NCBI RefSeq assembly: GCF_000195975.1
Contig: NC_005070.1
Coordinates: 240,001 to 272,000, forward strand
DNA: 32,000 nucleotides
Direction: 5' to 3'
From: Parasynechococcus marenigrum WH 8102
Lineage (GTDB): Bacteria > Cyanobacteriota > Cyanobacteriia > PCC-6307 > Cyanobiaceae
Below, piece by piece: positions 1 to 8,584 of this stretch. The translations under genes were made by a program, and so were the position numbers. The notes under the pieces are model-generated. The model did not search any database. It had not been told where the DNA came from and worked only from the letters and a program-made list of their open reading frames with translations. Positions within the stretch are counted from its first letter, which is position 1. Every line of letters begins with the position of its first letter.

Positions 1-35
1 CTGAAGCCGGATAACCTTCCCGCAATCACCCCGGC

Positions 36-1049
36 TTGTCGATGTCTCCCGACCCCATGCGTCCGGTCAAGGTCGGGGTCATCGGCATTGGAAACATGGG
101 CTGGCATCACGCCAGGGTGCTGAGCCTCCTGAAAGATGCTCATCTCGTGGGTGTAGCTGACCCCGATGGCGATCGCGGTGCCCTGGCGGTGGAGCAATTC
201 GGCTGCCGTTGGTTCGCCGACTACCGCACGATGCTCAGCGAGGTGGAGGCCGTTTGTATTGCCGTGCCGACCCTGCTGCACCATCCAGTCGGCCTGGCCT
301 GCCTGGAAGCCGGTCTGCATGTGCTGATCGAGAAGCCGATCGCTGCCAGTCAGGACGAAGCAACGGCACTGATCAGCGCTGCAAACGACGCCGGCCGTCT
401 GCTGCAGGTGGGTCACATCGAGCGCTTCAATCCCGCCTTCCGCGAACTCACGAAAGTGGTGGCCAATGAGGAGGTGGTGGTCCTGGAGGGGCGGCGCCAC
501 AGCCCCCATGCAGACCGTGCCAATGATGTGTCAGTGGTGCTGGATCTGATGATTCACGACATCGACCTGATGCTGGAACTGGCTCAGGCGCCGGTGGTGC
601 GGCTCGCCGCCGCCGGAGGTCGCAGTGCCGATGGACCGATCGATTACGTCAACGCGACCCTCGGGTTTGAGAACGGTGTGGTGGCCAGTCTCACGGCCAG
701 CAAGATGAGCCACCGCAAGATCCGCAGCCTCAGTGCGCACTGCCGTTCCAGCTTGGTTGAGACCGACTTCCTGAATCACACCCTGCACATCCACCGCCGC
801 GCCCACGAGTGGTATTCCGCCGATCACGGTGAATTGCTGTACCGCAACGATGGCTTCATCGAGGAGGTCAGCACCACGTCGATCGAACCGCTCTATGCCG
901 AGCTCGAGCATTTTCTGCAGTGTGTCCGTGGCCGTGAAACGCCCGCTGTGGACGGCCTGCAGGCCTCCAGAGCACTGCGTTTGGCCGATCTGATCGAGCA
1001 GGCGGTGGAACATCCCGACATGGGTGTGCCCCTTACCGATCCGATCTGA
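36..1049 (+). CDS. Gfo/Idh/MocA family NAD(P)-dependent oxidoreductase
   Basis: 337-aa ORF. N-terminal Rossmann dinucleotide motif VKVGVIGIGNMG and the family-typical LIEKPIA motif. Start is TTG at 36 or, more likely, ATG at 42. Confidence 0.85.
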   Translation: MSMSPDPMRPVKVGVIGIGNMGWHHARVLSLLKDAHLVGVADPDGDRGALAVEQFGCRWFADYRTMLSEVEAVCIAVPTLLHHPVGLACLEAGLHVLIEKPIAASQDEATALISAANDAGRLLQVGHIERFNPAFRELTKVVANEEVVVLEGRRHSPHADRANDVSVVLDLMIHDIDLMLELAQAPVVRLAAAGGRSADGPIDYVNATLGFENGVVASLTASKMSHRKIRSLSAHCRSSLVETDFLNHTLHIHRRAHEWYSADHGELLYRNDGFIEEVSTTSIEPLYAELEHFLQCVRGRETPAVDGLQASRALRLADLIEQAVEHPDMGVPLTDPI

Positions 1050-1068
1050 GCGGCGCGGACGTCGCCCG

Positions 1069-4000
1069 TCAGACCAGCCCTTCCTGTTCAGCCAGTTCCC
1101 TCAGAGCCGCCACCTGCCAGCGGCGGCAGTCACCAGGAGATGCGGCGTAGAACTGCCCCCAGGCTCGGGCTTTGTGCTGGCTGTAGCTGGCGTGGCTCAG
1201 CGAGGGATGCGTCTGTTGCCAGCCCACACGCACAGCGTGGCCAATCACCACATCCAACGCCAGGTCGTCATCGAAGTGCACCTCCGGGTTGGCTTCCACG
1301 AAGGCCATCAGAGACAAGAGGCACTCCGTACAGAGCTGTCGATATTCCGGCGCCTGGATTCGGCTGAGCAGATGCTCCACCAACGTGGCGAAGTTCTTTT
1401 CCCCCGCTGTTTTCTCGAGGATCAGGCGGCTGTTCAGTCGATTGCGGCGTTCCAGCTTGTCGCCGACCACCAGGCCGCGGCAGTGCTGCAACAACGACCA
1501 GATGCCGGCATAGAAATCCCTGGGCACCTTCTGCAGTGAACCAAGACGGATGCGGTGCTGCAGCCAGTCGCCGCCGCTGGGGGGCTGGTCAATGGGATCC
1601 GGCACCTTCCACTGCACCCTGCCGGTGACATGCAGCTGCTCACCGCGCTGCAGGGCCGCCCTGGCATGTTCAACATCGCTGAGGAGTTGTCGCAGCCGAT
1701 CCCGGATCCGATGCGGTGAGCTGCTGCACAACGCTTCAAAGGCCTCGTCCTGGCTGAGCTGATCCTCTGCCGCCAGTTCAGAGGTGAGCAGCAACAGCAG
1801 TTGACTGAGCTGCAGGGTAAGGATCCCTTTCAGCAGTCCGGGATCGCGCCGGGCCACGCCATCCAGGGCCAGCAGCAGCTCCTGTTCAAGCATGCGCTCG
1901 CGCCCGTCCACCCCGCTGGTGCGTGCGATCCGTTCGGCGATGGCGCTGCTGTCCAGGGGGTGGCTGAGCCGTGCATCGGCGGTGTAGTTGCGGCCCACGA
2001 CCACTTGTTTCTGACGCACCAGCAGATCGGTCAGGGCATCTTCCAGTTGGGGATGGACCATGCCCATCGCACCGGCGCAGCGCCGCACCACACTCCAGTC
2101 CTGGCAGCGCAGTCCGCGGTGGTACACCTCCTCCAGCAACTGCTGAATCGTCACGCTGCGGCCGTGCGGATTGGTTTCAAGGGCCTTGGCTCCGAAGCGT
2201 CGTTGCAGCAGGTCCAGAACGTCGGCCTGTTCATGCAGCGACTGGGTGTTCCACAACCTTCTCCGCAGAAGGTCAGCGTCGGTTTCGTCGAGCTCCTGTT
2301 CTTCAGCGGCCGTGAGATCGCGGAGGTCTGTGGCGTCCTGCAGCAGAGAGGGTCGGCTCCGTTCCAGGGCCGTCGGCTCAATGTCGCCCCCCCCCTCTCG
2401 CAGAGTCACCCAACTGGCCTGACTGGCCAGCTGTTTCAGCTGGTCGAACTGCACAGGGATGTCCCCGATGCGGCCGGTGAGCAGCGTTTGTCCCAGCTGC
2501 AGGAAGACCTCGGGATGATGCTGGAAGGATTCAGCGCTGACGGGGATCAACAGCAGTGGCAGCCCTGGACCACGCCAGTGACGCCTCAGCAGATGGAGTT
2601 CATCCACCACGCTGTCCTCTAACTGAAGCGGGTCATCGGCCAGGTAGCTGATGCCGTCCTCCAGCACCGCTGTCGTGAAGGCCAGGGTCTGTTCCCCGAG
2701 ACGGTACAGCCGTGCGGTGTCCTCGGTTTCGATGCGCTGCACCGGTTTGCCACTCAGGCCGAGTCTTGGATTGGCCCCGATGGAGCTCCACCGGGCTGCC
2801 AGGGCATCCGAGGGCTGGATTGTGATCCCATCACCACTGTCCAGCGGCAAACCGGCGTCGATCAGGGCCTGCCTGACGGAGGTTGTCTCTGCAGCGAAGG
2901 CCACGAGCATGCCGTCAGCTCCGAGCCCCATGGCGTGTCGCCGCTCGCAGGGGTCGAGATCCTCTGGTGTGATCAATCCCTCCAGCAGCATTTCGCCCAG
3001 CCAGGCCAGGCTTTGTGTCCAGATCAGGGGGAGATTGCTGTTGGCCTGGCGAGGCTGGCTGCCTGGCTGTCTCCGTTCCGCTTCGACCCGATCAGCAGCC
3101 ACCTGATACAGCTCGGGGTAGAGCGCTTCCCCATCCCGATGCACGGCCAGGGCTGCCAGCTTGTCCTGCCAGGAGCGGGCGTCCTGCCAGCGTTCCTCGC
3201 AGCAGGCGGTGACCAGTTCAAAGGCCAGAAACAGCGGCCACTCCGATTCAATCCCTTCGAACTGGGCGAGCTCCTCCGGCTCGTAATGAAGACGATTGAC
3301 GTCTTCCACGGCGGTTTGATGGCCATCACGAAGAAAGCGTTTGTAGCCATAGGTGCCGCCCAGTTCCCGCCGTACCCGGCGCAGGGTCCGCTGCACCAGG
3401 TCCTGGTTTTCGATGGCCCAGGCAGGGAAGCCCACCACCGACAGGCAAGCGCTGTCGGCTTCCTTGCTGGCGGATTCCCGCGGCAACAGGCTTTCGAGGG
3501 CCCGCCGCAGACGAACCACAGCTCCCTGGGGGATGAGCAGTTGGCACGACCCATCACCGTGGACCCCGAAGAGGTCGAGGCCTTCCAGGGCCTCCAGAGC
3601 GGCTTTCGCCATGCCGATGGAGCTGGAATTGCGTTCGGGCAAGCCGTTGTTGCCTTTGTCGCCCCGTTCCCAGATGCCGTAATCAGGGGTTCGATACGCC
3701 CGGGCGACGTAGTACACGAGGTTCTGAATGAAATCCACCTCATCCCGGCTCTGGATCACGGTGCAGCCACCGCGGGTGAGTTGAGCCAGCTGGAGCAGAA
3801 ACAGGGAAGTGGCATCGAGTTGCAGATGTCCCCAGGCGTCATCCGCCACCACCGGATCGCCGCTGCTGCTGTCGTACTTCGCGTGCAGAGCGTCGAGAGG
3901 ATCGAGGCTGACTTTGAAGCGCTCCACCTTCCCGGCCTGGCGCAGCATGGCTCGCAGCAACCCCCGCATCAGGGAGATCACCCGTTGCTCAAGCTCCCAG

Positions 4001-4257
4001 GCCCGCCTGTCGTGGGCTCCATGGCGGCGACGGTGGGCCATGGCCAGAGCCCAGACACACTGCACGGAGTAGACACAGTCCCGCACCCAGGCATCGCCGT
4101 AGTTGCCGTGAACCGTGTGGGCGGTGCTGGCGGGCAGCAAACCACTGATTGGGTCCTGACGTTCCAGCACCACCTGCTCAATCGATCGATCGAGCCGAGC
4201 CAGGACTGCATCGCGATGATCCTGATCCTTTTGGGTCTGTGTTGCCGTCACCACCAT
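1069..4257 (-). CDS. Large glycoside hydrolase family 15-related protein (glucoamylase / phosphorylase kinase alpha-beta-like domain)
   Basis: ORF of over 1060 aa. N-terminal GNYGDAWVRDCVYS and SSIGMAKAALEA segments resemble the GH15/PHK (alpha/alpha)6 catalytic domain. The C-terminal roughly 600 aa has no domain I recognise. ATG at 4257 is preferred; the ORF track extends to TTG at 4290. Confidence 0.8.
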   Translation of the reverse strand: MVVTATQTQKDQDHRDAVLARLDRSIEQVVLERQDPISGLLPASTAHTVHGNYGDAWVRDCVYSVQCVWALAMAHRRRHGAHDRRAWELEQRVISLMRGLLRAMLRQAGKVERFKVSLDPLDALHAKYDSSSGDPVVADDAWGHLQLDATSLFLLQLAQLTRGGCTVIQSRDEVDFIQNLVYYVARAYRTPDYGIWERGDKGNNGLPERNSSSIGMAKAALEALEGLDLFGVHGDGSCQLLIPQGAVVRLRRALESLLPRESASKEADSACLSVVGFPAWAIENQDLVQRTLRRVRRELGGTYGYKRFLRDGHQTAVEDVNRLHYEPEELAQFEGIESEWPLFLAFELVTACCEERWQDARSWQDKLAALAVHRDGEALYPELYQVAADRVEAERRQPGSQPRQANSNLPLIWTQSLAWLGEMLLEGLITPEDLDPCERRHAMGLGADGMLVAFAAETTSVRQALIDAGLPLDSGDGITIQPSDALAARWSSIGANPRLGLSGKPVQRIETEDTARLYRLGEQTLAFTTAVLEDGISYLADDPLQLEDSVVDELHLLRRHWRGPGLPLLLIPVSAESFQHHPEVFLQLGQTLLTGRIGDIPVQFDQLKQLASQASWVTLREGGGDIEPTALERSRPSLLQDATDLRDLTAAEEQELDETDADLLRRRLWNTQSLHEQADVLDLLQRRFGAKALETNPHGRSVTIQQLLEEVYHRGLRCQDWSVVRRCAGAMGMVHPQLEDALTDLLVRQKQVVVGRNYTADARLSHPLDSSAIAERIARTSGVDGRERMLEQELLLALDGVARRDPGLLKGILTLQLSQLLLLLTSELAAEDQLSQDEAFEALCSSSPHRIRDRLRQLLSDVEHARAALQRGEQLHVTGRVQWKVPDPIDQPPSGGDWLQHRIRLGSLQKVPRDFYAGIWSLLQHCRGLVVGDKLERRNRLNSRLILEKTAGEKNFATLVEHLLSRIQAPEYRQLCTECLLSLMAFVEANPEVHFDDDLALDVVIGHAVRVGWQQTHPSLSHASYSQHKARAWGQFYAASPGDCRRWQVAALRELAEQEGLV

Positions 4258-4305
4258 GACCCGTCTTGTCGCCGCTTTTAAATTCTCCAATGCAGCCCTT
4301 CGGCG

Positions 4306-5040
4306 ATGGACTCAGTCACCACCACTCCAGACGATCACCGCCGGTGCCGGGTTCTCGGAATCCCCGTGGATGCCTGCCGTGATGTTCAGTCAGCTGCCAT
4401 CGGGCTGCACGCCCGTGGTGGTGGTCGCATCGTCACCCTCAACGCTGAGATGACGATGACGGCTCGCAGCTTGCCGGAGCTGGGCCACGCCATCGAAGGG
4501 GCTGACCTGGTGATCCCTGATGGTGCTGGAGTGGTTTGGGCCCTGGCACGGCAACGGGTCAGTGTGGTGAAGACCGCCGGCATCGAACTGGCCTGGACGC
4601 TTCTCGAATACGCCGCAGCGCACAGTTGGAGGGTGGCTCTCGTGGGCGCAGCCCCCGCTGTGATGGACAGCCTTCGTCAATCGCTGCCCCAACGCCTTCC
4701 AGGCTTGAACCTGGTCATTGCTGTGGATGGCTACCAGCCAGCTGATGCCTGGGATGGCATCGAAGCCGAACTCCATCAGCTCAATCCCGATCTGGTCTTG
4801 GTTGCCCTGGGCGTTCCTCGTCAGGAAACCTGGTCGGAACGAGTGAGTGACAGCCGATCAGGACTCTGGATGGGGGTCGGCGGCAGCTTCGACGTCTGGG
4901 CTGGCGTCAAGAAGCGAGCTCCGGCATGGATGTGCCGCTATCGCATCGAGTGGCTGTATCGCCTGATTCAGGAACCCAGTCGCTGGAGGCGAATGCTGTC
5001 TCTGCCTGCCTTCGCCTGGGCTGTCTTGAGAGGTGTCTGA
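4306..5040 (+). CDS. WecB/TagA/CpsF family glycosyltransferase
   Basis: 244-aa ORF with family-typical segments VLGIPVD, ADLVIPDGAGVVWA and ALGVPRQETW. Confidence 0.85.
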   Translation: MDSVTTTPDDHRRCRVLGIPVDACRDVQSAAIGLHARGGGRIVTLNAEMTMTARSLPELGHAIEGADLVIPDGAGVVWALARQRVSVVKTAGIELAWTLLEYAAAHSWRVALVGAAPAVMDSLRQSLPQRLPGLNLVIAVDGYQPADAWDGIEAELHQLNPDLVLVALGVPRQETWSERVSDSRSGLWMGVGGSFDVWAGVKKRAPAWMCRYRIEWLYRLIQEPSRWRRMLSLPAFAWAVLRGV

Positions 5041-5184
5041 TCAGCGGAAACCAACGGAGGCCTGCCAGACAAAGGCCAGTAGCAGGAAGAAGACCGGGAT
5101 CAGCGGAAGGATGTCGATCAGTGGTGAGAAGGCCTGATAGGCCTCGGGCAGCTGTGCCAGCAGGTCAAGGGTGAAGGAGGCCAT
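5041..5184 (-). CDS. psbK: Photosystem II reaction centre protein K
   Basis: Hand translation of the minus strand gives [47 protein letters not shown] (47 aa). This matches the conserved PsbK core [36 protein letters not shown]. Below the ORF-track size cutoff. Confidence 0.9.
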   Translation of the reverse strand: MASFTLDLLAQLPEAYQAFSPLIDILPLIPVFFLLLAFVWQASVGFR

Positions 5185-5215
5185 CCCTAGTCTTCAAAAG
5201 GCGTTGGGCTGGACG

Positions 5216-6337
5216 CTACCACGTGTGATGAGCTGGTGAGTCCGGCTCCCAGGGAGCGAAATCCTCTGAAAAGCAGCCATCCCGGATTGCCTGGGACATC
5301 GCTGTGGTGAAGCGCAGGAGATGGGTGATGTTGTGGAGGCTCAGCAGGGTGAGCCCGAGCAGTTCCTCACTGCGGATTAGATGGTTCAGGTAGGCCCTGG
5401 TGTGCCCTCCGCTGCATGTGGGACAGGGGCACGACGGGTCCAGGGGAGTGTGGTCATGGCGGAAACGCGCATTGCGCAGGTTCCAGCGTTCACCACCCAC
5501 GAGGGCTGTGCCATGACGGCCGAGCCGTGTGGGGAGAACGCAATCGAAGAGGTCGATGCCGTTGGCCACCGCCACGGCCATCTCCCGCAATGTGCCGATG
5601 CCCATCAGGTAGCGCGGTTTGTGTGTCGGCAGCAGCGGTGTGACGTCCCGCACGATCCGGTGCATCTCCTCCACCGGTTCGCCCACGCTGACGCCACCAA
5701 CGGCAATTCCCGGCAGGTCGAAATCGGCGACGGCCCGCGCACTCTCCCGGCGCAAATGGGGAAAACATCCGCCCTGCACGATGCCGAACAGGGCCTGGTT
5801 GTCTCGGCTGTGGGCTTCAACGCAACGGGCCAGCCAGGCATGGGTGCGCCGGCAGGCATCGATCACATCGTTTTCGGTGGCCGGATAGGGCGGGCACTGA
5901 TCAAAGGCCATCGCCACGTCAGCCCCCAGGGCCATCTGAATCTGCGTGGCGTGTTCCGGGGTCATGTCGATGATCCGGCCGTCCCGGGGGTTGCGGAAGA
6001 CAACGCCGCGGTCATCGATTTTGTTCAGGTCTCCAAGGCTGAACACCTGAAAGCCGCCGGAGTCGGTGAGCATCGGGCCGTCCCACCCCATAAAACCGTG
6101 CAACCCCCCGGCGGCCGCAACGATCTCCTCGCCGGGCTGAAGGTGCAGGTGATACGTGTTGGACAGCACCATCTGTGCCCCTGTGCGGGCGAGTTGGTCC
6201 GTGCTGATCCCTTTGACGGTGGCCAGGGTGCCAACGGGCATGAAACGGGGCGTGTGCACCGGTCCATGGGGTGTGTGAAAACAGCCGCAGCGGGCAGCGG
6301 TGTTGGCGCAATGGGCGCTGATCTCGAAGCCGAACAA
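5216..6337 (-). CDS. tgt: tRNA-guanine transglycosylase (queuine tRNA-ribosyltransferase)
   Basis: 373-aa ORF. Conserved Tgt N-terminus FxFEI...ARxGxFxTPHGxVxTPxFMPVGT and the zinc-site region CxCxxC...H ([18 protein letters not shown]). The start codon appears to be TTG at 6335-6337. Confidence 0.95.
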
Positions 6338-6366
6338 GGCAAGGACCCCCCTGTCTCGACCCTACG

Positions 6367-7128
6367 GTGAGACCAGGACCGTGCAACAGACCCATCGCTC
6401 GGAGCGTTTCTCCCTGGTTGTCCGATCTGGCGGGGGCCTGGATCTTCTACAGCGTCTTGCCGGCCTGGCCTTGGCCGTCACCACGGTTCCAACGCATTGC
6501 CCGATTCGCCTCCTGGATCGGTCTGGTGATCGGTGCCATACAGGCCCTGCTCTGCTGGGGACTGCTTCGGCTCGGCTGGACCATGAGCGCTGCGGCGCCC
6601 ATGGTGATCGCCCTCGGCATCTGGCTCAGCGGCGGGCTGCATCACGACGGAGTGATGGACACGGCCGATGGTCTGGCCGCCGGCCCGGAGCGTTGTCTTG
6701 AGGCGATGGAGGACAGCCGTGTGGGGGCCAGCGGTGTGCTGGCCCTGGTCATGGTGCTGATGCTGCAGCTGGGCGCTTTGGTCCAGCTCGGTTCGGCCGC
6801 GCCAGCGGCCCTGGTGACGGTCGGTGTCTGGAGCCGTGTGGCACCGCTCTGGGCGATGGCCCGATTTCCTTATTTACGCCGCGACGGAACGGCCGGCTTT
6901 CATCGCCGCCATGGACGCCCCCGCTGGGATGCCCTCCCTAGCGGAGTTGTGCTGCTGGTTCTCTGCATCGTGCTGAATCCGGTGATGCTGTTGGCCGGGG
7001 CTCCCGTTGCGCTGGTGGTCGCAGAGGGCCTCGGTCGGCGCCTGGGGGGGCACACCGGCGACAGTTACGGAGCCGTACTGGTGCTGACGGAAACGTTCAC
7101 GTTGGTGCTTCTGGCTCTGACCAGGTGA
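6367..7128 (+). CDS. cobS: Adenosylcobinamide-GDP ribazoletransferase (cobalamin synthase)
   Basis: 253-aa polytopic membrane ORF with the CobS signature GGLHHDGVMDTADGL. GTG start at 6367. Confidence 0.9.
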   Translation: MRPGPCNRPIARSVSPWLSDLAGAWIFYSVLPAWPWPSPRFQRIARFASWIGLVIGAIQALLCWGLLRLGWTMSAAAPMVIALGIWLSGGLHHDGVMDTADGLAAGPERCLEAMEDSRVGASGVLALVMVLMLQLGALVQLGSAAPAALVTVGVWSRVAPLWAMARFPYLRRDGTAGFHRRHGRPRWDALPSGVVLLVLCIVLNPVMLLAGAPVALVVAEGLGRRLGGHTGDSYGAVLVLTETFTLVLLALTR

Positions 7129-8251
7129 GGTGGAAGGCATTCCCTTGCTGGGGAAGCTCTGCCGCTAAGCGAGACGGCTCAACGCACAGTTCAAGCGTCC
7201 CGCCATCGTCTTCTGCCAGCTGACGGGCCAGGGCGAGTCCAAGTCCGGTGCCCGGACGGTCTCGACCCCGCCGGCCCCGCACCCCTTCCTGGAAGATCGC
7301 GTCTCGTTCATCAGGATCGATCGGCGGGCCTTCATCCCAAATGCACAAACCACTGGGCAGGGGCATCAGACCAATCGCCCTACCAGGGGGGCTGTAGCGG
7401 AAAGCATTTTCAAGAAGGTTGGCCACGATCTCCGCTGTTGCTGCGACCCGTGCCGACTCAGTGGCCCAGGCGGGCCAGTTGTCAGGCCCATGCCAAGGCC
7501 GCCCTTGCAGCGTGGCCATGGCCTTGGCCCGCTCGATCAAGGGCATCAACTGCTGTTGAAGGCTGGTGCCCACAGCACTGCTGTCCGGGGGAAGCATCAA
7601 GGGGGCAGGCTCCGGCTGACGTCCACTCAGGGCCGGTTGCCCGATGCTGTCGAGGACATTGACGTAGCGATTGAGCTGGTTCTGCTCCGCCAGCATTCCC
7701 TCCACAAGTGGTCGATGTTCGCTGCTGCTCTCCAGACGCCGCAGCAGCAACTGGGCGTAGGTCCGCAGCGCTGACAGGGGATTCCGCAGCTGATGAACCA
7801 TGGTGCGCAGCTGGGATTGCTGTTGTTCCAGGGCGTTGCGCAGCTGAAGGCATTCGAGATCTCGCGCCAATGCATGACTGAGGGCAGCGGCGCCATCGCG
7901 CAATTGCTGGTCCCGTTGCGGGTCCCACGCTTCGGCGGGGACAAGATCGGCGCGCAGGGCTCCTAGGATCAGTTCCCCATCGCGTAGGGGGTACCAGCGG
8001 CGTTCCTGAGCTGGATGCCGTAGCTCGGGATCGGCATCGGCGGGGGGAAGTGTTCGTTCAGCAGCCGAGAGCTGTCGAATCAGCACGAGCGGTGGTCGGT
8101 CCTTGTCCCCTGCCTGACTGAGATACAGGGCGAGATGCTGAAAGCAACGGTTGCGGTTCAGTTGCTCCAGCTGTTGATCCGCAAAAGTCAGGAACGGTTC
8201 CGTCAGCTGCAATGGGCCTGGTGGGCGAATGGACACTGAACCAGGGAGCAA
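7097..8251 (-). CDS. Sensor histidine kinase (GAF-like N-terminus, HisKA plus HATPase_c)
   Basis: H-box MVHQLRNPLSALRTYAQLL, N-box ANLLENAFRYS and G-boxes GTGLGLALARQL. There is no in-frame ATG near the 5' end, so the start is TTG at 8251 or another non-ATG codon. No response regulator lies in this window. Confidence 0.85.
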   Translation of the reverse strand: MLPGSVSIRPPGPLQLTEPFLTFADQQLEQLNRNRCFQHLALYLSQAGDKDRPPLVLIRQLSAAERTLPPADADPELRHPAQERRWYPLRDGELILGALRADLVPAEAWDPQRDQQLRDGAAALSHALARDLECLQLRNALEQQQSQLRTMVHQLRNPLSALRTYAQLLLRRLESSSEHRPLVEGMLAEQNQLNRYVNVLDSIGQPALSGRQPEPAPLMLPPDSSAVGTSLQQQLMPLIERAKAMATLQGRPWHGPDNWPAWATESARVAATAEIVANLLENAFRYSPPGRAIGLMPLPSGLCIWDEGPPIDPDERDAIFQEGVRGRRGRDRPGTGLGLALARQLAEDDGGTLELCVEPSRLAAELPQQGNAFHLTWSEPEAPT

Positions 8252-8584
8252 TGGTTAAGGGGACTTGAAAATTCTGGGAAAAGTCTTAAGATCTAATTAT
8301 CGACCGAGGCGATGTTCGTCAAGAGCAGACGCCCACCAACTCTTGTATTGGTTGCATTTCTGATGCAACCAAAGTTACAGCAGAGGCTGAAGCGTTCTCT
8401 GCTGGGTGCCGAACCGGCATTGCTTGGTGTTGGTGTTCTTTTGATGGTTGTGGGTCGCCCGCAGCCGTTGCATGACGCGGTCTGCAGACGCCCCTGCGTC
8501 GACCAGCCCCAGGTAATGACGGAGGGTTTCGGCCTCTCCGGTCCCCTTCTCTCTTCCTTTATTCACGTTCACCGGAGCTCGACC

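Noticed and set aside
2387-2395. A run of nine C (G9 on the coding strand) inside the GH15-like gene, considered as a slipped-strand phase-variation tract.
   Set aside because: It encodes an in-frame Gly-Gly-Gly. A run of this length is expected about once by chance in 32 kb at this GC content. There is no contingency-locus context.
8405-8468. Cobalamin-riboswitch-like strings GGTGCCGAACCGG (8405-8417) and GCCCGCAGCCGT (8457-8468), tempting because cobS is nearby.
   Set aside because: The spacing between the two strings is about 40 nt too long for the conserved core. I could not find a B12 box (AGxCxGGAGACCxGCC-like) downstream. The downstream gene has no known link to cobalamin. Only an Infernal scan with the Cobalamin model could revive the idea.
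8565-8573. CGTTCACC just upstream of the 8585 start resembles the 5' strand of the glutamine (glnA RNA) riboswitch found in marine cyanobacteria.
   Set aside because: The other conserved elements (GGACGGAAGUAGG and AAGGAACG in the correct order) are absent. A GACGGAGGG string occurs upstream rather than downstream, so the order is wrong.
8312-8584. N-terminal extension that would make the 8585-8953 gene a 213-aa protein.
   Set aside because: Third-position GC is weaker than in neighbouring genes. The stretch is packed with perfect hairpins and a CT-rich tract, and a GGAG plus ATG with good spacing occurs at 8585. I therefore treat it as probable leader. This is not proven; ATG at 8516 remains an alternative.
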